DNA of 64,000 nt from the human T2T-CHM13v2.0 reference genome, Homo sapiens: NCBI RefSeq assembly GCF_009914755.1, contig NC_060926.1. One strand, given 5' to 3'. Positions within the stretch are counted from its first letter, which is position 1; every line of letters starts with the position of its first letter. Below the pieces are notes generated by a model that was not told the origin of the DNA, did no database searches, and saw nothing but the letters and a program-made list of their open reading frames with translations. Positions 40,151 to 53,949 of the stretch are shown here, one piece after another. The position numbers and the translations under genes are program-made.

Positions 40151-41289
40151 AAAATCAAAGCAAAATAATAATTCCTCTTTATATAAGTTATTAGATAATG
40201 GATGACAATAATAGCTTGAATTGTTTCTTTTTAGGAGGATGAAATTTAACCACATCAAAGAAACCTACAGCTCTGATACTCTCAGAAAAAATAAGACTCA
40301 ACACAAAGAGAGTAAAAAGAGTTATTCTGTCAACGAAGGGTCTTGACCGAATAATGTATACATCAGATCTTTTCATCTTGCACTTCTTGGACACTGTGAT
40401 TCAAAAGGGAGATTATTTGTGTCAGTAAAGAAGTATCCATAATGATAAAACACAAGTACTTCAAAGAACAACCTGTGCTTCTCAAAAGGAAAATAGTTTG
40501 GATCCATTTACTTTTCTCCTCTACTTCACATTCTAAATGACTGAGAAAATGTCTTCTCGTTTTCAATACAACCCATGGGAAATCATACTCAAATAAGTAG
40601 TAACTGAATGAACTAATCTGGAAAAGTGGTCCTCAATTTGTTTCTGTAATATCAGCTATCACAATACTGCCTTGATATTTCATACAATTCTGCAGAGTAT
40701 AAAAAAGCAAAAGCCTCTAAAAGTTGGTACTAGAATGTACTACACGCTCAATATAGACCACAAAATGGATCAGACATGAAGCTTAGTATTGTCTGTGTGC
40801 ACAGTGTTTAAATATTCCCTTGTTTTAAAAGTGCCAGTGTTTGTTAAGTAACTTAAAATATTTGCCACATGTAGCTTATTTTTTTTACTTTTTATTATAT
40901 TTTTGTCATAGGTAAAAAAGTGAAAAGATTTATGACAGTCATTTTTTTAAAACTAAGTTAAGCTATATAAATTGTTGTGAAATAAAATACATTTTAATTA
41001 TATACAATAAAGATCCTAATTTTAATTTGCAAGTATTTTCAAGATTACAAGTAACGTTATCAATTGTTTTACTTATAACAATATTCCTAGGGTGTCTACA
41101 TTTAATAATTCTAAGTTTTTAAAACAATTTTAAACTATTTCATTTAACAGACAATACAAACTAACTAAGATAAATTGAGAAATATAAATATCCCTCACCT
41201 GTGTTTTTAAAATTAGAGACAACTTTTGTATCATTCCAGATATAATTTATACCTATATAAATGTGTTTATTTTAAATGTGCCATTTAAA

Positions 41290-41600
41290 AGAACTGGTTT
41301 ATGCTTTGAAATGGCTGCATAATATTCTACTCTACCTAGATACCATTAAATATTGAATCAGCTCTCTATTGTGTGTTTTTTGCTGTTGTTACTGACAGAT
41401 TTTGTAATTACAATGCAGATTAAAAACTTGTTTTAAAAAATGTGATTTTGCTCATAGACATATGTCTTTAGAATACATTCGTCATAGTACAATTGCTGAG
41501 ACAAAGAGTTTACGCATTTGGAAATTTTATAAATATTATCACATTGCTTTCTATCAATATCATCTCACAAGTATAATGACAAGTGAAAGATACTAGGTAT
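41290..41600 (-). mobile_element. L1ME fragment
   Basis: aatggctgcataatattc...aattgctgagacaaagagt. Confidence 0.55.
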
Positions 41601-42019
41601 GAACATTTATGTAGTATTCAAAAGCATATAAGTTTATTACCCTGTCAGAAGATAGCAAAATGATTAACTTTATGAAGGTTTCAAGCACTTAGTTTGAGGG
41701 AAGGCAGGATAGGCAGTTTCATGAGAAAGGTATGTCCCATCTCTTGATCAGGGTGAAGTTTAAATGGAGTTGTTTCCTTGATGATGCATCAAAGTCACCA
41801 CTTGAAATTTGATTACTTTTTAATATATGCTATACTTCAAAATGTTTATTAACATGCAAATCATATAATGAATTCCATTAATTTAGTGAGAGAAATTTTT
41901 TTTATATGCTTCGAAGTCATTTGTTTTGTTGTTTGCGTTTACTCAGAACAGTGTGTCAATCTCCTTGACTGATATTTCTATTGTTTCTAGCAGGTCATTT
42001 AATAGTTTATAATGTTTAT

Positions 42020-45000
42020 ATTTTCAAAGTTTATTGGGGTGTAATTTATTTATAATACTGTACATATTTAAAGTTCAAAATAAGTTAAGCCTTAACATGT
42101 ATATACAGCCATGAACACATAACCATAAAGTAGGTCCTAAATATATTCACCACTCACAAATGTTTCCTTGTGAACCTTTGTCATTCCACCCGCCCTTACT
42201 TCTTCCGCATAATCTCCATCTATAGCAACTACCAATCTATTTTCTGTTATTATAAATTAATGTGCATTTTCTGGAATTTTATATAAATGGAATCATATCA
42301 TATGTACTTTGTTTTGTCTTGTTTTTTCAGTAAAATTATTTTGAGATTCATACATGTTGTTACATGTATCAATAGTTCATTACTTTTTATTGTTGAGTAG
42401 TATTTCATCATATGGATATGCCACAATGTGTTCACACCTTAACATAAATTTGTCAATGTAGTTTCCAGTCATTGGTTATTAAATATAAAGTTTCTTGAAA
42501 ACTGATCTATAAGTATTGATATGGAATGTGATTTCTTTTCTCTTGGGTAAATTCCTGGAAGAAAATTGGTTCTATCAAATGGTGTTTGCATGTTTAACAG
42601 TTATAGCCAAACCATTTTCCAAAGTGGTTGTAATATTTTACATTCCTCACAGCAGTGTATGAGAAATCAAATTGTTCCAAAAGTTTGCTAAGACTTGTAC
42701 ATTTAGATGTATCACCAATTTTGGGTAAATTTTTGTACTAATTGTGAGTTGCAATTGAGGTTCACTTTTTTATATGGATACTCCTTTTTTTACACAATAC
42801 ATGTTGAAAGCATCACCTTGTATTAATTGAACTGCCTTTGCATCTTATTAAAATCAGTTTCAATATATGTGAGGTTCTATTTCTGAACTCTATTCTCTGT
42901 TACATTGATTTATGTGAACACTTTTTCACTGAAGCCACACTATTTTGAGAACTGTAGTCTTGAAATTGAGTGTTGGTAATCCTCTAAATGTGTTTGTTTT
43001 TATAAAAATTGTTTTGGCTATTTAGATCACTTTGCCATTCAAATAAAATTTAAAATCTGCTTGTTGATAGCTACAGAAAAGTTACTGGCATTTTAACTAG
43101 GAATACATTAAACTTATAGATAAGATTGAGGAGAATTGCCATTTTATTCTTCCAATTAATGGCTATATTACATGATTCCATTTATTTAGAACTTTTGAAT
43201 TTATTTCATCATTGCTTTGTATTTTTCCATGTATATTGAGTTAGAATTATACCTAAGAATCTCAGTTTTGGTGCCATTATGAATAATATTGTTTTTTAAA
43301 ATTTCATATCTCAATTGTTTAATTTTGGTATATAGGCATATGATTGACTTGCATATTAATGTTATATAATAAAAAAGCTAACAGTTCTAGATTTTATATA
43401 GATTATTAGTTTTCTAAGTAAGAAATCATGTCATCTAGAGAGAGAAAGAGTTGCATAACTTCTGCTCCAATCTGTATGTCTTTTATTCCTTTTTCTTATA
43501 TTATTGTACTGGTTAGATTTCCAGTAAAATGTACAATAACAGTGGTAAGAGTGGACATCATTTCATTGTATTATTCTCAACCTTAAGGAAAAGATATTCA
43601 GTCAGTAAACATTAAACACAATGTTAGCTATAGATGGTATTCATTTTGTTCTATTTAGATGTTCTTTTTCAAGTTAAGGCATTTATATCCCTAGATTGCT
43701 GATGGATTATTTTCTTTTCCCTTTTTCTAATTATCATGAATGGATGTTAAATTTTGTCAAAGTTTTTTTAAAATCACCTATTGAGATGATCATAAAGCTT
43801 CTATTCTCTAGTCTGTTAATATGGTGAATTACATTGTTCGGTTTTTGAAAGTTGCAAAATTCCTCCATTCCTGAAATGAACTCCACTTGGTTGCAATGTG
43901 TCCTCATTTTTATATGTATTGGATGTTCTTTAATAATACTTTCCTAAGAGCTGTTGCAGGATATTTGGTAGAATTCTCCAGTGAAAATATAAGGGTTCTC
44001 TTTTTTGGAATCTTTTGCATAGAACTCTAATTTATTAAATAGATATATGACTAGCCTTATCATCTATATCTTCTTGAATGCATTTTGATAGTATCTTTCA
44101 AGGAATCATTTGTTTATTTGTTGTAACTTGTAAACTTTATGGGCAAGAGTCCTGTGTCATAGTCCCTTATTACCGTTGAATGTTTCTGGGATCAGTAGTA
44201 ATATTTCCTCTTTCATTCCTAGTATTGGCAATTTTTGAGTTAACTTAAAAATATTTTCTCAATGAATTAGCTTTTGATTTGATAAACTTTCTCTATTTTT
44301 TCAATATTATTGATTTCTGCTCTAATTATTATTTCTTTACTTCTACATCCTTTGTTTCTCCCTTGCTGCTTTTTCTTCTTTTTTCTTTCTGTTGCCCACG
44401 CTGGAGTGCAGTGGTGTGATCACGGCTCACTGTAGCCTCAACATCTCAGGGCTCAAGTGATACTCCAACCTCAGCCTCCTAAGTAGCTGGGACTATAGAC
44501 ATGCACCACCAAGCCGGACTAATTTTTGTATTTTTTTGTAGAGACGTGTTTCCCCATGTTGCCCAACTAGCCTAGAACTCCTGGGCTCAAATGATACGCC
44601 CATCTCATCCTCCCAAAGTGCTGGGACTACAGGCATGGGTCACTGTGCCTGGCATTATTTTTTTGCTTTATATAATAAAACTTTAAGTTATGATATTGAG
44701 ACTTATTTCTTTTTTGATATAAATATTAAAACCTGCAGATGTCCTTGTAAGCTGTGCTTTACTTATAGCTTATAAATTTTAGTATATTTTAAATTTTATT
44801 AATTTTAAAATACGACTTTCAATTTTTCTTAAAACTTTACTGTTGACCTATGGGTTATTTAGATGTATATTGTATCATATCCAAATATATTTTGGAATTT
44901 TTCTTATGTCTCTAGTTATTAATTTCAGATTTAACTTTGCTATATGATCCAATAACATACTCTGTATGGTTTCTATTCTTTTAAATTTCTTAAGCTTTCC

Positions 45001-45090
45001 ATACGGGCTTGGTTATACTTTATCTTCATGTTTACTTGAAAGAAATGTACGTTTGTGGAGAGTACCATAAATGTCACTTAAGTCAATTAA
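42020..45090 (-). mobile_element. Old L1M (MD/ME-like) 3' end plus ORF2, interrupted by an Alu
   Basis: ttttatataaatggaatcata, ttttccaaagtggttgta, agtggtaagagtggacatc and ctattgagatgatcat motifs. Confidence 0.8.
44370..44653 (-). mobile_element. AluJ
   Basis: ctggagtgcagtggtgtgatcacggctcactgtagcctcaa...cccaaagtgctgggactacagg. Confidence 0.9.
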
Positions 45091-45097
45091 GGTCATT

Positions 45098-45345
45098 ATC
45101 TTTGATTCCATTTATATGCAGATCAAATGAGAGCAATTGAATATGTTATGAAAAATATTAGTTTGAGAATGATCTATAAGGGATGGGAATTTACCGGAAG
45201 GCACCATGAGGAAATTTTTGTGGGTGATGAAATGTTCTGTATTATAAATTGGATGTTTTTTACATGGGTCTATATATTTTCTGAACTTATCAAATTTTAC
45301 AGTTAAGAGCTGTACATTTTACTATTTCACAAATTTTGGCCAATT
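45098..45345 (+). mobile_element. L1ME 3'UTR fragment
   Basis: tgattccatttatatg...gggtgatgaaatgttctgtat...cagttaagagctgtacattttact. Confidence 0.7.
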
Positions 45346-45934
45346 TTTTTTTTAATTAAAAGAGACAAGGGCAGGAATTTTCTCAGACCACTTAAGGGGA
45401 ATATATAGTCTGCATAATTTTGGAAAGAATAGTGACTATTTTTAACCTCTGTGTACTTCTATATCTGTGGTAACATAAATCTAATGATTAATAAATTTCA
45501 ATGTGACACTTTTCAGTTATGAAACCAAAAGTACAAATTTCCAATTTCAAGTTGACAATCTTCTTCTGTAAAAATTTGATTACCAGAAACATATTGTAGC
45601 ATTGTCAAAACTCTATCATTTCAATAGAGTTTCAATTGAATTATCAATATCCTCCTTGCCACCGTTAGATTATCAGAACCCAATAACTTAACTATACTAA
45701 ATTAAAAGATATTCTATCATCATTTTTACCCTCAGAGATTTATTGATTTGTTTTCTTTCTGATTTTACACTGTGCCTACATATGATGAAATAGCAAGACA
45801 AATAAATAGGAATTACATGGTACTATTTATCCATCTCTATAGCTTGTACTCTATCATAAAAATGCATCTAGTTTACCCTTAATAACTTCCAACATTCAAA
45901 ACTAAAATGTTATCTAATGTTACATTGTTTAGAG

Positions 45935-46170
45935 ACTAATATTTATTAGGCATCTGCTATTTTGCTAACACTATCATAAGTACTTTTTGATTTCTCTAAC
46001 TTTATCTTCACAACTTTATAAGAAGTCGCTATTATTCCATATTATAGATCATACAATTGTAACTCAGGCTTAACTCCTTTAGCCTTATGTATTAGATAAT
46101 TTGAGGAACTGCTGTTCAAAGCTAATTTGGTAAGACAACATTGTCCATGTTTTTATTACACTGAAGTGCT
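45935..46170 (-). mobile_element. MIR, degenerate
   Basis: aatatttattaggcatctgcta...tcttcacaac...ctattattccatattatagat. Confidence 0.55.
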
Positions 46171-48289
46171 ATAAAATATTCCCCTTTTCATCTTTTTGCC
46201 AGTACATATTAGTAGTATTTTTAATATCTACATCTATCTAATAAACAAAGATGATTTCTTAATAACCATGTCTCCTTTAACAGCAACCTTCTTCACTCTT
46301 ATATATATCTAAATACACATTTACATATATTACATTTTAAATAGTTCATTAGTACATAAAATACTCTTATGATTACTTGGCTAGATTTTATATTGCAGAA
46401 AGTCATGGTTTCATTGAGTGCATAATGACTTTCAAGTTATAATTTAAGGACTCCATAGATTCAGTGTTGCAGTTTAAAATTGCTTTCCTTCAAAGTAAAT
46501 AGCCCCAGATCTTCAAATAATTCTATTAAGAGGATATCACAAGGCTACTTTTAAAAAGACCTCAAATGTTGTATTAATGTTTCAAACATAGTTAATGTGA
46601 ATCCACAAAAATATGTAATTATTCACATTAACAAAATCCAAAAGCCACAAGTCCTGGGTAAATTTATCTGCTGTGTGTGTCTTCACTCTCATTATAAGTT
46701 AAATTAATTTCTACTTGTTTTTCTGGGATGATATTTTAATTTTTTAGGATATAGCCATTTAACACATACAAGGTAAGTTCGTATACCAACTAAATACCGC
46801 AATCAATAAACTTTTGTTTTCATGTTTTATTTGATTTTTTGAAACAAGTAAATAGGTTTAATCTATCAACATATGAAATTTACTAAAAACTAAACAAATT
46901 AATTATTTCAATGTCTGACACAAAGTTTGTTATAATATTGGAAAGTTGGTTTAACCACTATATTCGAAAGTAACCTTAAATCATATACAACTGAAAATTT
47001 TAAGGACATGCCAGTTTTACTTTTTATTGTTTACTGAGCTGAGCACATGGTAAATACTTACCATTTGTTGAATTTATCACATTTCTTGTATTCAGAACAT
47101 CACTTTCAAAGGCCTAAGCCATGCTCATTTGTTTAGCAGACTTAATTGTTTTATTGAGTTATTATTTATTTAAAAATTGTTTTTAAAGTACTTCACTCAC
47201 CAAAATCACATTTTATTTCAAAAAAATTTTGAAGTTAAAAATGTGGCTGGTAAAATACTTCTATAGCATGTTCAACAAGTTGTCTTTATTTCCAGGCATT
47301 ATTTTTAATAGCAAGGATCTCATATATTTGATAGAATTATGACATTTAATGACTTCTGAAGACTTTGCATCTAAGAATTGAAAGCACTCAATACCTGGAA
47401 AAGACAACTGACAAAAAGCTGGGTTAACTTGCTTGCTGCAAACAAAAAGAGTTTATAGTTCTCTGCACAAACAATATCTGCCTTGATAATCCACCAATAT
47501 GTGGTGGCTCAAGACTAAATTTCATAAGATCCACTTTATTGTAAGTACTTAAAATGTTAGGCAAAGACCATTACATGTTAGGACCAAATTATGTAAAGTA
47601 CAGTGGGAAGAAATACAATATTCGTGATGTCTTTGTCTACTTGTTTCTATGGTAAAATAGCCTCTAATGCATTTTTCCACTCTTCAGTTACTAAATTAAA
47701 TATGCTCAGAGTAATAATTGTTTACATAGTGATAACAGAACATTAAGTATAATATATGGTAGCTATATCCTTAAAAAGTGTACATAACCTCAACAAATTA
47801 AATATGAATCAATTTTGTAAAATATGACCCTAAGTCTGTAGTTTTGATGTTTAATATGGGATAGTTTTCACTCACTGCAGGAATTATTCTTCTTTAAAAA
47901 TACTTTTAAGCAGCAATTTCAGTTTTTGGGTGTAAATTGTTAATTTTGATCTGATTTTAGTTTTTCAAACCATACCTTAAGATTTAAATGATTTTGATAT
48001 TTTATAGAATTTATGTGAATGAGATGTAGTACTCACTTTTGTATAAAATAAATGTATGTAAAATTGAAAAAATGTTAATAAACTAATTACATAAGTCAGT
48101 AAATAGTAACAATTTACAATAAGCAAATATGGTAAGTGCAAGTCAACCATACAACCAATAGCCTCAATAATATTTGCAGCATTGAGAAATCATACCCATT
48201 TCTCAGAATACATTAACATGGAATTGTGAAGTTAAATTAGATCTGGCAGTAATAAGAGAGGAGGTAAGGTCTACAAGTGGTGATGGTTG

Positions 48290-48328
48290 TGTTTTGTGTG
48301 TGTGTGTGTGTGTGTATGTGTGTGTGTG
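48290..48328. repeat. (TG)n microsatellite
   Basis: Direct observation. Confidence 0.95.
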
Positions 48329-50379
48329 CTAGGAGCAAGGATAAATATGAAGGGAGTGGGCAATAGTTGCCTTTACTATACACAAAATATGGAAGATAAG
48401 TAATGTTTTGTCTAATAGGCTGGCAGAGCTAGTTTTTCTTGAATTCAGTCTAATTTTTATTATGAATTTCTTTTTTATTTACTTGGAAAGTTTTCTTCCT
48501 TCCAACATAGGGATATAATTTCTTTCTTTACATTCTTGCTCCCTTCCCACACATCTTCAGGATATAGATTATTCTTAGGCCCTTTATAAATAGATTTAAT
48601 CAACAAGGTAAACATTCACACAGCAATTATTGCAAATTAACCAGTTTGATGTTAATCATTTCTATTTGTGTTTTTCAAACTTGATTTCTTATGTCTTTAA
48701 AAGAGATAACTTTACTATCCTCATAAGATGCCAACTTTTTGAGTCATCAACATCGTTAAAAATAAAGGGGATCACCTTGAGCTTCAAAAATGCAAATCAA
48801 CTGGAAAAACACCAGCTGGCCTTAATCTTTCAATATTGCAGTTTAGTCTGCCTCATGTCAGCAGGCTAGCAGGTATTCTTTTTATAGAAACAGAAACTTA
48901 GCAGATGTAGCTGCTGTTTCTTCCTTGTCAAAAGCGTATTTCTCCCTTCCCCAGCTGTATCCAACCCCCACCCCACACACACACCTACTCTCTCTCTCTC
49001 TTTCCAGTTGCACCTAAATATACATTTGAAAAATAGTATCAGGGCATTAGATTGAAGGCCTTTTAATTAATTTTCTACTTTAATAATGTAAAAGGTGAAA
49101 TGTGCTTTGCAGTTTTTTTCCAATGAATTATTAATAGCAAAAAGTAAAATAAAATATAAATAAACATGCCACAATCATTAGTAATATACTCTTTTTTAAA
49201 AGATGTGAATGCCAGAGATGGTCATGAAAGTTAACCTGAGGTTATGCTCTAGTTTAAAAATATTCAACTGTAGTTCACTCTCAGAATGTTCTGATTCAGT
49301 CTCCCTCTCCATTTTTTGTGCCCTTATTTTTACAGCAGATAATAAGTCACTGTCTTCTTTTCTATGTTACTGCGTCCCAAAAAAGATGAAGAGGTAATAT
49401 ATGCAACCCAAAATAACCATTCCTTTTAATAAGTAAAGGTTAAAACTATTTATACGGTGACTCATATAGACATCAAGTGCTGCAAATGTATCAGGCATCT
49501 GATGGCGTCCACATACAGTCAAGGTGGGTTACATGGAATTTATGTACCTGCACCTAAATTCAGGAAATAAACCTACTCTATTATTTTTCCCCATGAAATG
49601 GGACACCATATGAAACTAAACGTTGAAGAAAAATGAAACATGAAACATAACCTATTTCTATGAAGTAGTTACAACTACTTCAATTTTCTATTTATCCAGC
49701 TATTTCTCTTTCCTTGGTTTATACACTATTCTATATCATCAGAGGTTATAAACCAGATAATAGATAGCTACACAGTTTCTTTCTCTCCACCATTGATCTA
49801 CAGTTGCCCCTTTATACACTAATAAATTGCATGAACTATTTTTGACTGTTAGTTCCCTAAATTTTTTGTGTAAAGAATAATGGTAGATGCTTTTTGGCAA
49901 TGAAGATCTCTCACTATGATTTGTACCAGCTCTGGGATGATGTGAAAATATTAATTTATATAAATAAGCTGCTATTGTATGCCTAACTACTGTTCTGAGT
50001 ATAGCAAATACTACTAGGAGTGCAGGCCAGCTGCCATGGGGTTTCTTCGTTTTGCCACACTCAATTCCTTTTCATGTATCTACTCAATATAAAAGAATTA
50101 AACGTGTTCACAAGTCTTTAAATGCAAGGGAAAAAAAACTGTGAAATCTGATTCATTGTCTATTTACATCCTACATTTGTGGAGATGTTGAGAGTAGTTT
50201 TATATCAAAGAGAGGAAAATAAGAAATAAAAAATATCCACAGTAAATATTACATAACATGCTGTATAGAAGTAGACCACAAAGAAACATGACATAGTTAA
50301 AATACTAGTTGCTCTATATTTATTACATTTTTAAATGTACTGCAATGCTGTTATATTATTTATAAAGTTTAATTATAAA

Positions 50380-52200
50380 ATATACCAAAAAGAAAAATTA
50401 ATTCAAAACAAAAAATTCATACTGTTTCTATGATTAATGTATATTAACATCTTACTATACATGTTTCAGATATATTTTTAGGAGCTAAAACATACAGCTG
50501 TAACTATAATCCTTCAATTTTTTTCTCTAAACTTTTATTTCCAGATTAAGTTTACACTTGAAGTAACTGTTAATTATTCTGTTAATTTTTGAAGCTTTCC
50601 AACATGCATATGTAGTCACAGGTGTATATAAATATCATTGCATAATTCACTATTTCACAGATAACATAATAATAAACATGTCTTTTTGCAGCTCAATTTT
50701 CACCTAAATATTTTGATATTAGGTGAAAATTGCTGTCTTTACACGTAGCTTTATTTTGGTAATTCTAAGTGCTTTGTATTACTATTCCAGTGTATAAATA
50801 AACTACAGTTTAGTTATTTCCTGCAAATCGATCATTAATTTGATTATTTCCTTTTAAATTGCAAACAATACCACAAGAAATATTTTCTATACGTTTTCTT
50901 GCCTACATGTACAGGAATTATAGAAATATGTATATTTGGTGAACTCCGTGTCACAGAATATATACATTTTCAAATTAGTTATGACCAAATTTTCTCCAAA
51001 TGTTTGTACCATGTTATACTCCCAACAGAAATGTATGAATCAATTTTTCTCAAATCCTCTACCCCTCGTGCTATACAATTTTATTAACGTTATTTTTGCT
51101 AATCTATTTTGGTGACCAGCCATGTCTCATTTTCTTTTAATTCTATTTCTCTGATTGCTAGGGATTTTGAGTACATTTTCATGTTTACTAGCCTTCAAAT
51201 ATCTTTTCCCATATATTTTCTGTTCATATCATTTGCTTGGTGTTCTAACAAATACTTATTTTTCATTTTTGCTCCATAGAAGTTCTTTAATACTCAAAAT
51301 ACCTTACATATCTTGTTAAGAGTTGCATATAATTTGTCTCCCACTGCGGCTTTTCTTTTCACTTTGTATATATTTTTACATAAAGAAGTTTTTCATCAAA
51401 TTTTCATTTAATTAAGTGTATCAATCTAGTCCTTCATGGTATGACATTTTGAGACTTGAGTATGTAATCTTTCCTACCTTGATATCATAGATAACTCGCT
51501 TATGACCAACATGACACATGTATACATATGTAACCAACCTGCATGTTGTGCACACGCACCCTAGAACTTAAAGTAAAAAAATAACAATAATAAATAAATA
51601 AATAAATAAATCCTTCTCAAAGTTAGTTTTTTTAATTTTAAATATTCAATTTATATGTATTATATTTACGTACATAACATGAAGTAAACATCTAGAATTT
51701 ATCTTTCAGTAACAATAGTAAATATACCAGCAGCACATTTTGAATGGGCCATTTTCCCCTACTAACCCATAATGTCCCATATTAAATTTATGTATCTGTT
51801 CCTAACTTCATTTTCTAATATTGATGTATGTATGCATATATGTATTAGTACCAACTGTTTAAATAATTAAGGTTTTTGGATATTCTTGGTTCTACATTGG
51901 TCCTTGTACATTTCAGGCTTTGTTTGTCATTTCTATAGATCATTAATTTTAATAAAATAAAAAATTATGTATAATTTTATAAATATATACATGTAGTGTA
52001 TACATTTATCTAATATTTATTGTGATTACTTTCCAAATTGATTCATTTTTATAAAAAACATTTTAGTTATTTGTATACTGTCCAATGGATATGCAAAAAT
52101 TTATTTAGCGAAATTATTATTTGGAATTTATGGATTATTTCTGCTTTATATTATAATTAACTTTCTTGAATAATTATGTATATATACATATATAATATAT
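50380..52200 (-). mobile_element. Old L1ME fragments
   Basis: tattccagtgtataaata, ttatactcccaacagaaatgtatgaa and atttctctgattgcta motifs; heavily diverged. Confidence 0.6.
51505..51610 (+). mobile_element. Very short L1PA 3' tip with (AAAT)n tail
   Basis: accaacatgacacatgtatacatatgtaaccaacctgcatgttgtgcac...cctagaacttaaagta. Confidence 0.85.
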
Positions 52201-52254
52201 ACATAATATATAATTTTATATGTATATTATGCCAAAAATGAAGTAAATAATTAT

Positions 52255-52548
52255 AATTTTTTTTTTGAAACAAGGTCTTGCTCTGTCACCCAGACTGGAG
52301 GACAGGTGCATGGTCTCGGCTCACTACAAACTCCGCCTCCTGGGTCCAAGTGATCTCCCGCCTTAGCCCCCCAAGTAACTGGGATTACAGGCATGCCACC
52401 ACGTCCAGCTAATTTTTGTGTTTTTAGTAGAGATGGAGTTTCACTATGTTGGCCAGGCTGGTCTCGAACTCCTGATCTCACTCAAGTGATCCACCTGCCT
52501 TGGCCTCCCAAAGTTCTAGGACTGCAGGCATGAGCCACCATGCCTGGC
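52255..52548 (-). mobile_element. Alu (AluS/J)
   Basis: Full dimer antisense. Confidence 0.92.
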
Positions 52549-52560
52549 ATATATATATGT

Positions 52561-52603
<43 letters not shown>

Positions 52604-52823
52604 CACACACACCTGGCATATACATATGTGTGTATATATATATTTTATATATATAAAAATATATTTATATATTTATATATATATAAATATATTTATATAT
52701 TTATATATATAAAAATATATTTATATATTTATATATATAAATATATTTATATATTTTATATATATAAAAATATATTTATATATTTTATATATATAAAAAT
52801 ATATTTATATATTTATATATTTA
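52549..52823. repeat. (TG)n plus nearly pure-AT degenerate tandem repeat
   Basis: Repeats of tatatataaaaatatatttatatattt; derived from the tail of the adjacent FLAM. Confidence 0.9.
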
Positions 52824-52938
52824 TTTAGAGATGAGATTTAACTATGTTGCCCGACTGGTTTTGGACTCTTGGGGTCAAGTGATCCACTCGTCTTAGCCTC
52901 CCAAAATGCTGGGATTACAGGAGCACACCACCACACCT
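52824..52938 (-). mobile_element. FLAM/Alu left monomer
   Basis: agagatgagatttaactatgttgcc...tcaagtgatcc...cctcccaaaatgctgggattacagg. Confidence 0.85.
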
Positions 52939-53949
52939 ATATATCTTTATATGTAATTAGTTATCTAATATAGAATCTCCAAGTGAGAATATTAAGGCAA
53001 ATGATACAGATATTTTGATATATTTTGATATATTATAAAACTGTTTTCTAAAGACTCTTTTTATTTGTAATGCTACCCATAAGGTATGGCAGTACTAGAT
53101 AAAATATGTCTGTTTTAACACTGAATATTGACATATAACAATGTTTCAAATTTGATACATAGTAGCTAACACATTGTGTGCCCACACATCCATATACCTT
53201 CCCTCAAGGGGGACAATTAAAAGTCTCATTCACTAACTGTATCCTGCTTATAGCCATTGATACCTGTGAGGTTGCCTGGGTAAGGTTGGATGTGGCTTTT
53301 TAAGGTTGAGAAACCTAGAAAGAAAAAGAGGTATTTTGCTTTCCTGCTGGCCCCTTCATCCCTGATACGCCTACAAAACTAACAGAAATATGCAAACATA
53401 GTAAGTCCTTTCTATCCAGAAATTTGATAAGCATTCACTCCTATTTTTCCCTAACTTCTTTTTAAGTAGTTTAAAAATATTAAGGTCACTTACTATAAAT
53501 TTTGATACGGGATATGAATATAGAAGTTTTCTTAATATAATATTTTTTCAAAGCTGACCAAGTTATGCCAATATAATTTGATAATTTATTTTCCTTTCTA
53601 GTTTTATTCTCCCTTTGTCTGTTTTTGGTCTTTCAGCTCCCTTCCCATTCCCAGGTACTCCTTAAACTTCCCCAAATTATTCACAGTGATTTTCAAGTTT
53701 GATGAGAATTCACATTTTTACATATTGTGATATGGTTTTCCCACTCTGTTGACAATAGTCTAATATTTGTAGCAATATCTTCTTTATTTGCAGTGTGTGC
53801 ACATGCACATATGTACGTATGGATACATCAGCACTGAAAAAGGCTGTGTCTGTGTTGTAACTGTCCTATCGTCCTATAATGACATACAAATAGCTCTCTT
53901 CATGGTGTTTCTGTTGAACTGCAAGATTTAATTTACAGTTTTTATTTCA

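Noticed and set aside
40191-40566. Two adjacent minus-strand ORFs in unique DNA
   Set aside because: Short, with no recognisable domain or convincing splice boundaries; compatible with chance.
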